Assembly (NCBI GenBank): GCA_964016885.1
Contig: OZ024752.1
Span: 7,688,001 to 7,752,000 of the forward strand
Source: Eledone cirrhosa
Lineage: Eukaryota
DNA: 64,000 nt
Direction: 5' to 3'
How positions within the stretch are numbered: position 1 is the stretch's first letter; every line of letters begins with the position of its first letter. The notes below the pieces were generated by a model that was given only the letters and a program-made list of their open reading frames with translations, did no database searches and was not told the origin of the DNA. A program made the position numbers and the translations under genes. Of this stretch, positions 14,934 to 27,100 are shown one piece after another.

Positions 14934-15231
14934 GAAGTAATTCCGTCGGAAAAGTCCAGGAAAAAAGAGTGCTCTATGTAGGTAACATAACTATATATAT
15001 ATATATAGAGATTTTGAGTAAATGTTAGTGAAATAACAACCCAACCAGGAACTGGGCATATCAGAGTATTGACAAAGTTATACACCTCAACAACATATGT
15101 ACTTGTCTATACCACACTAATTCGGACTGCCTGAAGAGGTCACAGCCAAAGATGGCTGTCACCGAAATATATATACCAGTAATAAACGAAGCTAAATTTT
15201 AAACATTTGACTTATTTATTTTATTTTATTT

Positions 15232-15288
<57 letters not shown>

Positions 15289-15732
15289 ATGTAAGCTATT
15301 GTCGTATTTTGACTAAAGAAATTAAAGAAAATTATTTAGCCTGATAGTGGGGTTAAGAACCCTCGGCGATAGCTTACATTTATAATTTCAAACTCGCTCG
15401 CTGTTTTGAAAATATTCTTACATATATATATATATATAACGAAGGATATGTGGTAAGGAACCAGATGAACGTTTCAACGGCTTGAGCTCTGCCGTCGGGG
15501 TCATACTTTTTCCTATATATATATAGTAATAATAAATGTGAAGACTAAAATCCAAAGAGGGTTTGATAAGGATAAATATATATCAAATATATAAGAAGCC
15601 TAGAGCAAATATTTATAAAAATAACAGATTAAAGTTTAAGCAAAGAATCGCTGCTTTCACCCTTAATGGGATCTTCTGAAGATCCTGTTAGAGGTAAAAG
15701 CAGTGATTCTTTGCTTAGACTTTAATCTGTTA

Positions 15733-15824
<92 letters not shown>

Positions 15825-17267
15825 TCAGTCCTGGGTTCAATTGGGGGTAACTCAATACATTAGTAGAGTATATACATAATTTAATATAGAAATACAGGGA
15901 CATGGTGAGTAGTAAAGGACCTATACAGGACATATCTACATGGTGAGTAGTAAAGGACCTATACAGGACATACCTACATGGTGAGTAGTAAAGGACCTTT
16001 ACAGGACATATCTACATGGTGAGTAGTAAAGGACCTATACAGGATATATCTACATGGTGAGTAGTAAAGGACCTATACAGGATATATCTACATGGTGAGT
16101 AGTAAAGGACCTTTACAGGATATATCTACATGGTGAGTAGTAAAGGACCTATACAGGACATATCTACAGGGACATGGTGAGTAGTAAAGGACCTATACAG
16201 GACATATCTACATGGTGAGTAGTAAAGGACCTATACAGGACATATCTATATGGTGAGTAGTAAAGGACCTATACAGGATATATCTACATGGTGAGTAGTA
16301 AAGGACCTATACAGGATATATCTACATGGTGAGTAGTAAAGGACCTATACAGGATATATCTACATGGTGAGTAGTAAAGGACCTATACAGGACATATCTA
16401 CAGGGACATGGTGAGTAGTAAAGGACCTATACAGGACATATCTACATGGTGAGTAGTAAAGGACCTATACAGGACATATCTATATGGTGAGTAGTAAAGG
16501 ACCTATACAGGATATATCTACATGGTGAGTAGTAAAGGACCTATACAGGATATATCTACATGGTGAGTAGTAAAGGACCTATACAGGATATATCTACATG
16601 GTGAGTAGTAAAGGACCTATACAGGATATATCTACATGGTGAGTAGTAAAGGACCTATACAGGATATATCTACATGGTGAGTAGTAAAGGACCTATACAG
16701 GACATATCTACATGGTGAGTAGTAAAGGACCTATACAGGATATATCTACATGGTGAGTAGTAAAGGACCTATACAGGATATATCTACAGGGACATGGTGA
16801 GTAGTAAAGGACCTATACAGGATATATCTACATGGTGAGTAGTAAAGGACCTATACAGGACATATCTACATGGTGAGTAGTAAAGGACCTATACAGGACA
16901 TATCTACATGGTGAGTAGTAAAGGACCTATACAGGACATATCTACATGGTGAGTAGTAAAGGACCTATACAGGACATATCTATATGGTGAGTAGTAAAGG
17001 ACCTATACAGGACATATCTACATGGTGAGTAGTAAAGGACCTATACAGGATATATCTACAGGGACATGATGAGTAGTAAAGGACCTATACAGGATATATC
17101 TACATCAGGTGATTGTAGATTGAAATAGGCAGGGGATGGGGTTATAGAGTTTCTATACAGTAAATATAGTGAAATAGGTAGAGGGACGGGGGCGGGGGAG
17201 AAAGGCTTTGTTTAAGATTGAGAGAGAATCAAATATTTCTCTGTACATGTATGGATGTATATATGTA

Positions 17268-17309
<42 letters not shown>

Positions 17310-19486
17310 TATATATGTATGGATGTATATATATATATATATATATATACCGCGGAGTGGGGAGACCCAAGATGACCTGGGATGAGGTGATAAAAGCCGA
17401 CCTTACCCAATTACACCTCTCAAAGGCAATGACACACGACCGTGACCTCTGGCGTCATGCAGTAATACAGAGTACCCGACCTCCCATGGGTACAAGCTGA
17501 AGCATATAGACAATATGCCCTCACACACCCCACCGCAAGGTGGTCGTGGAGGTGCCACGGCAAAAAAGCACCCAGCCCACTGTAAAGTGGACGTGTAGGC
17601 GCCACGAAAAAGCACCCAGCACTCACTGTAAATGAGGTTGGTGTTAGGAAGGGCATCCAGCTGTAGAAATCAAGCCAGATCAGTTCCTGTATGAGCAAGG
17701 CATGGTCAGCCGACCAGACACTGCCCACAACAGGACAACGCGTCTAACCCATGCTAGCATGGAAGAACGAATGTAAAACGGTGATGATGATGATGATGAT
17801 ATATATATATATATGTATGGATGTATATATACATATATATATATATATGTATGGATGTATATATATATGTATGGATGTATATATATATATGGATGTATAT
17901 ATATATATATATATGGATGTATATATATATATATATATATATATGTATGGATGTATATCATCATCATCATCAACGTTTAACGTCCGTGTTCCACACTTGC
18001 ATGGGTTTGGACGGGGGTATTCCCACTTGAGGCAAGAGTGATTGTCTTTCTCGCAGAGGACTGTCTGGCAGGTTTTCTACAGTTGGATGCCCTTCCTAAC
18101 ACCAACCACATTTACAGTGTGGGTCTGGGAGGTTTTTACCGTGTTGCCTACACGGCCACATTACAGCGTGGACTGTGTGTTTTTTTGTCGTGACACCTAC
18201 ACGATCTCATTTGTTTCGGCCTGGATGTTGTGGCACCAACATAACTTTACATAGAAGGGGGTGGTGTGGATGGGGTGGGGTGGGTGGGACGGGGTGTATT
18301 TTGTTAGAGATGCCTACTGGCTGTAGTAGGTTTTACTATGTATTTAGGTAAGGCGGGTCTTCTCTGTTACTGAGTACCGCCAAAGGTCTCGGTCCAGTGA
18401 CATTGTCTTGGAGAGGTGTAAGTGTGTGAGGTCGGAGTTTATCAGCTCGTCCCAGGTTTTTCTAGGTCTGCCTATTCCGTGGCTACCGTCTATCTTTATT
18501 GCCCTGCACTTTATTATACAGCTATCGACTTTCATGCGCATCACGTGTCCATACCAACGTAGCCTTCTCTCGAGTAAACAACATCTGATCCCTCTTATTT
18601 CTAATTTTTTCCTTAGTTCGTTTATGCTTTGCCGTTCACGTATATTACTGTATATATATATATATATATATATGTAAAAGGTAAACAGAAATAACAACAC
18701 AATCGGTACAGTATATGGAAGGGATATAGTAGGTTAACGCTTAATATAGCAGCAAGAGGGTCTTAACGTTTCAGATGCTGGTCCTTCATCAGAAGAAAGA
18801 ATGAGAAATAAAATAGATTAAGGGGACGGGTGGGGTGGAATTGGAAAAAATGTTTTAGATAAAAATTGGATGTATGTGTATGTATGGATGTATATATATA
18901 TATATACGTATGTATATGTATGAATATATATATGTGTATGTATGAACGTATATATGTGTATGTATATAGGAAGACGATCGACTTTCGTCAAATCGGACCG
19001 AGGGAACAATGTTTCCGTTGGTCTTTCCAATTGCTAATACTATCTATCGGTCGCAACTCCAGGTAGAAGGAGCAACGTGAAATAAAGTGTCTTGCTCAAG
19101 GACATAACGCATGGCCTGGTCCAGGAATCGAACTCACAACCTTACGATTGCGAATCCAATTCTCTAACCACTGAGCCACACGCCTTCACTGTATGTATAT
19201 GTATGAATATATATATGCGTATGTGTGGATGTATATATATATGTGTCTGTATGGATGTATATATATATGTGTATATATGTGTATGTATATGTATTAATAT
19301 ATATATATGTGTATGTGTGGATGAATGTGTATAATTTTAATTTAATATTGATGGTGACATGACCTGACTGGGTCCAAGACTTCGCCCCAGGAGGATATGT
19401 GGTGGTGGTAGATGTATGTGTGTGTGTGTGTCTGTATGTATGTATATATATATATACATATATATGTGTGTATGTCTGTCTGCCTG

Positions 19487-19527
<41 letters not shown>

Positions 19528-19593
19528 CTGTCTGTATGTATGTATGTATATATATATATCTATGTATGTGTGTGTGTGTCTGTATGTATGTAT

Positions 19594-19631
<38 letters not shown>

Positions 19632-19638
19632 CTGTATG

Positions 19639-19669
<31 letters not shown>

Positions 19670-20350
19670 CTGTATGTATGTATATATATATATATATATG
19701 TGTGTGTGTCTGTCTGTCTGTATATATATATATATATATATCTATGTATGTGTGTGTCTGTATGTATATATATATATATATCTGTGTGTGTGTGTCTGTC
19801 TGTATGTATATATATATATGTATGTGTGTGTGTCTGTATGTATATATATATATATATCTATGTGTGTCTGTCTGTATGTATGTATATATATATATATATG
19901 TATATGTGTGTGTCTCTCTGTATGTATGTATATATATATATATATATCTATGTATGTGTGTGTGTCTGTATGTATATATATATCTATGTATGTGTGTGTG
20001 TGTCTGTATGTATGTATATATATATATATCTATGTGTGAGTGTCTGTCTGTCTGTATATATATATATATATATCTATGTATGTGTGTGTGTCTGTATGTA
20101 TATATATATATATATCTGTGTGTGTGTGTCTGTATGTATATATATATATGTATATGTGTGTGTCTGTATGTATGTATGTATATATATATATATCTATGTG
20201 TGTGTATGTCTGTCTGTATGTATATATATATATATATGTATATATGTGTGTCTGTATGTATGTATGTATATATATATATGTATGTGTGTGTGTCTGCCTG
20301 TATGTATGTATATATATATATATCTATGTGTGTGTATGTCTGTCTGTATG

Positions 20351-20381
<31 letters not shown>

Positions 20382-20478
20382 CTGTCTGTATGTATATATA
20401 TATATATATATATCTATGTGTGTGTGTCTGTATATATATATATATATATATATATCTATGTGTGTGTCTGCCTGTCTG

Positions 20479-20509
<31 letters not shown>

Positions 20510-22108
20510 GTATATATATGAAGTATGTATGTATGTTATATATCCACCTACCCTGATGGTACATATCCCTGATTGTTTTAACTTCTTGATATCAGCTGCA
20601 TTCTGTAAGAAATCAATTAATAGACGCTTGATGACGATGATGATGATGGTGGTTTTGGTGATGATGATGATGGTGGTGATTATGATGGTGATTATGATGA
20701 TGATGATGGTGGTGTTGGTGATATGGTGGTGATGATGGTAATGATGGTGATGGTCATTATGATGATGATATGGTGATGGTGACTATGGTGATGGTGATGA
20801 TGATGATGCTTCAATGTTCCATTGTGACTCAAGATAGGAGAGCTTGCACCCCCTGTTATTAGTAACGGCTTGTGGTTTCCAAAACACTAACGGGGCCACA
20901 GCCTCAGAGGTACACGTGTCTGTGGAATACTCAGCCACTTGTATACTAACTCAATAAACAGAGAGAACAGTTGATAAAACAACTGAATACTCATCACTAA
21001 AATTGATGGAGATCCATTTAAACAATAAAAACCAAACAAAACTGTGAATTAAATGGAGACTCACAATTCCATGATTCTGTAACTGTTCAATATCTTGAAA
21101 GAAAGGATCCTGGAAATATAAAGAGACTTTAATTATAATTAACAGTAAATTACTCAAGAATTAATTATGGTACATAGCGTAATGGTTAGGGTGTGCAGCT
21201 TATGATGAGAAAGTCTTCTTGTGATGCTAAACTCCACCAGTTGCAGACTGCATCAACATAAGATATCTCTCTCCACAAAGTTCCATCACCAACAGCAGAG
21301 TTTAAAGAGCAAAGACCAAGTCCAGTCCATAGGTTGACATTATCAAGCCATCGTTTGGGCTGTTGGCCTCTGCTTCTCTTACCAGTCAACCTTCCTTCCA
21401 CAAGTTGATCTTTTTATATGACCATATAGTTTGAGTACTCTTGACTTGATAATTGGTCCAAGTCTGGTAATGTTGAGCAGCTCACTGATACAGATACGGT
21501 CCCTGAGCCACTTGCCAGTCATAAGTCTCATGATGTGGTTCTGGAATGTAGAGAGTTTCTGAAGTGACCTTGTCGTCCACAGTCAAGACCGTATAACACA
21601 ACTGGTAGGATGTAAGTATCAAAGACCTTAGCCTTCAAATGGTAGAAAACTCGTTTTGATGTTAGTACTTCCTTGTTCTTGTTGAAAGCTGCCCAACCTA
21701 GAGTGATGTGATATTGCACAGCATATCAGTAAGGTAATCAGTTCAATTCTCTTAGTAGTATGTTGTGTCCTTGAGCAAGACTCTTTATTTCATGTTGCTT
21801 CAATACACTCAGCTGGCAAAATGTGGGTTATACTTGTATTTTAAAGAGCCAGCTTTGTCATGTCACACACTGTGTTATGCTGAATCTCCCTGAGAACTGC
21901 ATTAAGGACACAGATGTCTGCAGAATGCTCAGCCACTTGTTTGTTAATATGCGACAGGCAGAGAGATAGATACAGATCTGTCCTATAAGTCTATCAGGTT
22001 TATCATGTGTAAAGCATGTTAGATGGTGTATTACCTATGGGACAGTTTACTTACCTCATCTTCCTCTGACTCTAGTTCCTCTGGAGCAACAACTTGGTCA
22101 GCAGCCAT
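5463..22108 (-). CDS. DMC1: Meiotic recombinase DMC1, spliced, 3'-incomplete (remaining exons left of window)
   Basis: Exons 22108-22055, 21109-21065, 20602-20552, 14830-14735, 13542-13460, 13360-13266, 11752-11680, 9393-9302, 5536-5463 join in phase with GT-AG ends: [90 protein letters not shown]; DMC1-type rather than RAD51-type residues. Confidence 0.96.
5610..8275. repeat. 30-bp (12+18) minisatellite
   Basis: GATGTTGATACAGATGTGGCTAGTGTACA with occasional subunit loss. Confidence 0.97.
8330..9292. repeat. ~40-bp minisatellite interrupted by CR1 fragment
   Basis: TGTCTAAAATATATGGTGTATATAGTTATATATAGTACAG. Confidence 0.9.
8571..8980 (+). mobile_element. CR1-type LINE 3' fragment inserted in 40-bp minisatellite
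   Basis: [33 protein letters not shown], (ATT)n tail; shorter 3' copies at ~30205-30270 (+) and ~42900-43010 (-). Confidence 0.8.
9302..9393 (-). CDS. DMC1: DMC1 coding exon 8
   Basis: [31 protein letters not shown], gaag/gtgag. Confidence 0.95.
9394..11679 (-). other. U12-type (minor spliceosome) GT-AG intron of DMC1
   Basis: 5'SS GTATCCTT; branch-like TCTTTAAC (9410-9403) about 11 nt before AG; no polypyrimidine tract. Confidence 0.85.
9571..11466. repeat. 60/72-bp minisatellite from TTAA-MITE end
   Basis: TTTACATTACTCTATATATACTATTGTATTGTCACAGTAAAGGCTTTACCTCACATAACA; same unit reversed at ~38245-38555. Confidence 0.96.
11680..11752 (-). CDS. DMC1: DMC1 coding exon 7
   Basis: [25 protein letters not shown], followed by GTATCCTT donor. 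Confidence 0.94.
12083..12830. mobile_element. hAT-like MITE inflated by internal ~32-bp minisatellite
   Basis: TIRs CAGGGTTTCCCAAA / TTTGGGAACCCCTG; internal array 12137-12772 of CTCTCTACTGTTATATGGTAGTAA(TA)n. Confidence 0.7.
13266..13360 (-). CDS. DMC1: DMC1 coding exon 6 (Walker A)
   Basis: [31 protein letters not shown], ttag/gtaag. Confidence 0.95.
13460..13542 (-). CDS. DMC1: DMC1 coding exon 5
   Basis: [28 protein letters not shown], tcag/gtatg. Confidence 0.93.
13790..14570. repeat. 24-bp minisatellite
   Basis: GACTGTCATCAAATATATATACAT. Confidence 0.95.
14735..14830 (-). CDS. DMC1: DMC1 coding exon 4
   Basis: [32 protein letters not shown] (HhH region), ccag/gtaag. Confidence 0.93.
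15126..15180 (+). ncRNA. Type I hammerhead ribozyme motif
   Basis: ACTGC-CTGAAGA-GGTCACAGCCA AAGA TGGCTGTCACC-GAAA TATATA TA-CCAGT. Confidence 0.6.
15894..17105. repeat. 38-bp minisatellite
   Basis: CATGGTGAGTAGTAAAGGACCTATACAGGAYATATCTA. Confidence 0.97.
17351..17800 (+). mobile_element. RTE-family 3' end / non-autonomous derivative
   Basis: GRPKMTW..RDLWR, GGAAGGGCATCC module, (GAT)n tail; related copy ~61845-62320 (-). Confidence 0.75.
17958..18650 (-). mobile_element. RTE 3' fragment with long 3'UTR and (ATG)n tail
   Basis: [18 protein letters not shown]; near-identical to 48440-50180 copy. Confidence 0.85.
18761..18796 (-). ncRNA. Minimal hammerhead motif
   Basis: TCTT-CTGATGA-AGGACCAGCATCT-GAAACGTT-AAGA; palindromic AACGTT stem III. 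Confidence 0.55.
18975..19188 (-). mobile_element. tRNA-derived SINE
   Basis: GAAGGCGTGTGGCTCAGTGGTTAGAG (A box), GAGTTCGATTCC (B box), TGTCCTTGAGCAAGACACTTT body; relatives ~21740-21945, 38765-38960, 39472-39675. Confidence 0.8.
19410..20535. repeat. Compound (TG)n/(TCTG)/(TATG)/(TA)n microsatellite block
   Basis: Direct inspection. Confidence 0.95.
20552..20602 (-). CDS. DMC1: DMC1 coding exon 3
   Basis: [17 protein letters not shown], acag/gtagg. Confidence 0.93.
21065..21109 (-). CDS. DMC1: DMC1 coding exon 2
   Basis: [15 protein letters not shown], 45 bp, ccag/gtgag. Confidence 0.93.
21186..21720 (-). mobile_element. Degenerate RTE-like LINE fragment
   Basis: [22 protein letters not shown]; [19 protein letters not shown]. 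Confidence 0.7.
22055..22108 (-). CDS. DMC1: DMC1 coding exon 1
   Basis: tag|ATC ATG; [18 protein letters not shown]; gtaag donor. Confidence 0.9.
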
Positions 22109-22929
22109 GATCTACAATGGAACATTGAAACAATGGAATTCTATCTTACCAGTAATACTGTGTTGGCTTGATATTAGAGGGCTAAATATTAGAGGGATAA
22201 ATATTAGAGGGAGATTTTGATGGCCCTTCTCGTGTGTGACCAACTGACAAACTTACAGTTGAACTGATGCTTTATTTCTCACTATATATATTTATATACA
22301 TACGTACATACATATATACATACCTATATATATACATGGTGGCTGCCAACTCGTTTTCGAGTACGGCCACTACTTTATATCCATGTAGGAGAACCCCTAC
22401 CGATGCGCTCAACGAGTGTCACTTTTTAGTCCAGCCAGCGACTTGAAAACTCTGGTACAAACACTACACTTGTGACAATTATTGACACATAGTGCTGGGC
22501 CCATGGTACCATGTGACGACAAGTGCAGAGAGATCTCCAGATATAAAGCAATGCCTGTGCCGTGAAGCTTTTATAGTGAGCAAAGGCACTGCACAAAGCC
22601 AGTCCCACTCTCTTAACCAAGATGATATTTACCAAAAAGAAGAACAAGTCAACATCATTGGATACCATCAGGGTTGCAGGTGTTATATCAGAGTTTTCCT
22701 TCTCCTAGAATTCTGCCTTGATAAAGGCTAAGGGGTCATCTCTCCCGGTGATTTTGGATGGCCATTCACTCTTAAGAGCTCCTTTGCCCTTTGACAGGTT
22801 TTGTTTTTAGTCCTGCAGGATGTCCAAAGTCACACACATATATACATACATACATATATACATACCTACATATATACATACCTACATATATACATATATA
22901 CATACACACATATATATACATACATATAT

Positions 22930-24110
22930 AACTCGCAAACTTCTCAGTGTTACTGGGAACTTTATCATCAAAGGTGATGTGGATAGGCTATACTTCTCCT
23001 GCAAGGAAGGTGGCCGGGGTCTAAAATCCATATTAACATCATATGAGACCCGGATAGTAACACTGAAGCAACATCTTCAACAGAGGAAAAAGGTTGGCAA
23101 CCATCTTGCCCAGGTTTATGAGCATGAAGAAAAAAATATCATTAGGATAGCCATTGATGTGGAGGAGAGATATGGAATAAAGCCTGATATAAATCTCTCA
23201 CCTAGAGAAATCGGAACATCCTATTCAATGTTCAAACAAGATGAAAAATTGACCAATTTACAGAAAAAGTTGTGCATGGATACTTGAGATGTAAAACACA
23301 GACCATAGAGGGGATAAACCACTCAAAAAGCCTGGTATGGAGTTCCGACAAGTTTATGACATCACACCTTGAGGGATATCTCTATGCAATACAGGAACAA
23401 GAACTCCCTACCAAATATCTGCTGCACAAAAGGGAAGGGCCAGCAGCTGACAATAAATGTAGGCTATGTAAAACAAAGATCGAAGATGTAAGCCACATTG
23501 TTGCCAGCTGCGAAAGAATGTCATCTCGCTACTACCTCCCCATGAGACACGATGGGATAGCTAGAACCATCTGGAACGCACTTCGGAAAACAAAATTAAC
23601 AACAAACGAGGAAGAATATATTGAGACAGATGGCACTAAGGAATACTGGTGGAACCTCAAAATAAAAACTGCCACCAAATTAAAGCACAACCGGCCTGAT
23701 ATTGTAGTTTGGGACCACACATTGAAAACGTGTTCTGTTGTGGAGATCAGCTGCCCACTTGTTGTAAACGTTGTCAGAAAAATACAGGAGAAGGAGGACA
23801 TCTACGGACCATTGATGAGGAGTTTACAAATCCAGTATCCAAGATACACCTTTAGCTTCATACCCATCATTATTGGAGCTACGGGTTATATACCAACCTG
23901 CTTGGACCAAAGTATGACTGAACTTGGATTTGCGGACAAAGAGCGCAGCTCCCTAATTCATAGTCTACAAATGGCTGCGATAGCTGGCATCTTCAACATT
24001 TGCAAAACATTCTTGCGATTCAAGGGATGACAATTTCTTTTCTTTTACAACCTTGCCACCAGGAAGGTGGCCGGTCAAATATATACTCGAAATTAAGAGA
24101 AAGAGAGAAG
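22930..24110 (+). mobile_element. 5'-truncated RLE-type non-LTR retrotransposon (R4/Dong-like), frameshifted
   Basis: DVDRLY..GGRGL, CCHC knuckle CRLC..HIVASC, RHD, RPDIVVWD..EISCP..K..Y; frame change near 23272; flanked by (TA/TACA)n. Confidence 0.85.
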
Positions 24111-24140
24111 ATACATACATACACACATATATATACATAC

Positions 24141-27100
24141 ATCATCATCATCATCATCATCATTTTACGTCCGCTTTTCCCTGCTTGCAAGGGTGGGACG
24201 GGTCTTATTCAGCACAGCATCTCTCCACTCGTCACGGTCCCTCGTCATCTCCACCGTGAGCTTCAATGATCTAAGGTCTGTTCTCACCACCTCCGCCCAT
24301 GTTTTTCGTGGTCTACCTCTACCACGTCTTCCTTCAACTGGCATTTCCTGGCACTTCTTCACCCATCGGTCATCCTCCATGCGCATCACATGTCCATACC
24401 ACCTCAGTCTCCTCTCCCGTACACTACATTCTATCCCTCTCAGACACAGTTTCTCTCTCAACACATTTATGCTGGGTCGTTCACGCACATTTACACTGCA
24501 CATCCAACGGAGCATGCTTGCCTCATTTCTCTCCAGCCGTCGCATATCTTCTGCGGTAGCTGCCCATGTCTCACTACCATGCAGCATCGCGCTCCTCACA
24601 CAGGCATCATACAACCGGCCTTTCGTACGCAGGGAGAAACCCTTCTTCGTCAACAGAGGAAGCAGCTCCCTAAACTTCTTCCAACCCGTCCTTATTCTAG
24701 ATACTATGGCCTCGGAACACCCTCCTCCCATGCTAATCTGATCTCCTAGGTACCGGAAGCTATCCACCACTTCTATAGCGCCCTCTCGCATTTGAAAAAT
24801 GTGTCTATCAGTGCGACTTCTACTGTCTAATTTCCCTGTACATCTACTGCATACATATTTCTCCCTACCTGTTAGTTTGCCTGCTATCCCGCTACATCTC
24901 TTGTGTACCCAGGACCTACATTGTGTGCATTTTATAGAATTTATGCCAGTTCCTTTTCTGCATATCGAACATGGCCATTTCCCTGACGGAATCAGGGTTT
25001 TGTCCTCTTTTCTACTCATCAACACTTTTGTCTTAGCTAGATTTACTCTCAGTCCTCTTGCTTCCAACTGCTGTTTCCATAGCCGGAATTTATTCTCTAG
25101 CTCCTCTACTGATTCTGCCATAAGAGCCAGATCGTCAGCATAGAGAAGTTCCCATGGACAGCCAGTCTTAAACTCCTCTGTTATGGCTTGGAGGACTATA
25201 ATGAACAAGAGCGGGCTGAGGACCGAACCCTGATGTACTCCTACTTGTATCTGGAATTCCTCACTAAACTCCATTCCTACCCTGACTTTACTGAGAGTAC
25301 CTCTGTACAAAGTTTGCACTGTCCTTACAAGCCATTCCTCAACACCCAGCTTCCTTAGGGACCACCAGATGACAGATCGGGGTACCCTATCAAAGGCCTT
25401 CTCTAGGTCAACAAAGGCTAAGTATAGTGGCTTATTCTTCTCTAAGAACCTCTCTTGCATTTGTCTCACCAAGAAGAGGGCATCTGTTGTACTCTTCCCA
25501 GGCACAAAACCAAACTGCATCTCATCTAGTTTGACCCTTTCTCTAATTAGTTGTGCTAGAATCCTTTCTGCCACTTTCATAACCTGATCTATCAGTTTTA
25601 TACCCCTATAATTGCTCCTCTCCAAAGCATCCCCTTTACCTTTGTAGCAATTTATGAGAATACTGCTGCACCAGTCTTTGGGTATGACACCACCATATAT
25701 AGCCTGATTGATTATGCGTGCAACCAGTTTAGTGCCTACGTCCCCTGATGCCTTCAGCATCTCAGCAACTATTCCCGATGGTCCGGCCGCCTTACCATTT
25801 TTCATTTCCCTAATCGCCTCTTGGACCCTATATTCGTCAATCTCAATAGCTGGTCCCTCTGTCGGATCTACCAAGGGTAATTTCTCTCTCTCCCATTCGT
25901 TCTCCACATTCATCAGTCTCTCATAATGACATTTCCAGGCCTCCTTTTTCTGGTCATTCGTGACACTAAGTACACCGGCATCATCCCGGACACATTTATC
26001 ACCAACAACATCCTGATTTGCATTGACACACTGCCTTGCAATGTGGAACACCGCACGCCTCTGATCTTCCCGTCGCAGAACATTGGCAAACCTCCTACTC
26101 TCTGCCTCCCTGCGTGCTAAGTACACCTGACGTCTAGCTTCTCTCTTAGTGGCTGTATATTCTTCCCTACTCCCACCCTTATTCCAAGCCTTCCATGCTA
26201 GTCTTTTGTCTCTAATAGCCTTATCTACACTGCTGTTCCACCACCAGGTCACTCTCTGTCTGGTTGGAGCTCTGCTCCAGCCACAGGTTTCATCAGTAGC
26301 CTTCAGCAAGTTGTCACGTAAGAACTTCCAGTTATTATCTATGTCATACGTCTCTAAATCGTCTTCTTTTTCGTCATATACATCTTGAAGGGCTTTCCTA
26401 AATTTGAATTTTAGTGAAAGGTCTTTTAGCTTCCAGACCTTTCTTCTCCACACCTTCCTATATGTCTCATTCCATCTCTTGCTTACTGAGATATCACTAA
26501 CAACTAACCTATGCTGTGGGGTACATTCTTCCCCAGGGTATGCCTTGGTATTAGACACTATCTGCCTGTCCCGCTGCCTAACTAGCAGGAAGTCAATCTG
26601 GCTTATGTGCTCACCAGATTTGTAGGTTATTAGGTGATTGGCAGGTTTCTGGAAGTTTGTGTTGCAAATAGTCAATGTACTTGCATCACAAAATTCAAGA
26701 AGTCTCACTCCTTCTTCATTTCTTGAACCGTAACCGTGCCCACCATGTACCCCAGTGTAACCATCCTGGAGCTGTCCAACATGACCATTGAAGTCTCCTG
26801 CTAGCATAACGATGTCTCCGTCCTCTGTCATTGTGGTTGTTTGCAAAAGTTGCTCATAAAAGCAGTCTTTCTCATCTTTGCCTAGGCCTGCTTGGGGAGC
26901 ATAGACCGAGATGATTGTCAGTAGTCTCCTACCTACAACTAATCTAAGCTTAATTATTCGATTACTAACTCGAACTACCTCTATTGTCTTATTGATCCAT
27001 TTCTCAGCCAGGAAAATGCCTACTCCCCCTAACCCATCATCCTTACCTACCCAGAATAGCTTATAGCTAAGACGCTTGCCTACGACTAGTCTCGCAGAGG

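Noticed and set aside
15894-17105. Repeated donor-like GGTGAGT in 38-bp array
   Set aside because: Antisense to DMC1; no plus-strand transcript evident
18975-19188. Additional tRNA genes at SINE heads
   Set aside because: A/B boxes only, no full cloverleaf, followed by SINE body
19399-20732. YI/CV-rich ORFs (also 29766-30350)
   Set aside because: Microsatellite translations
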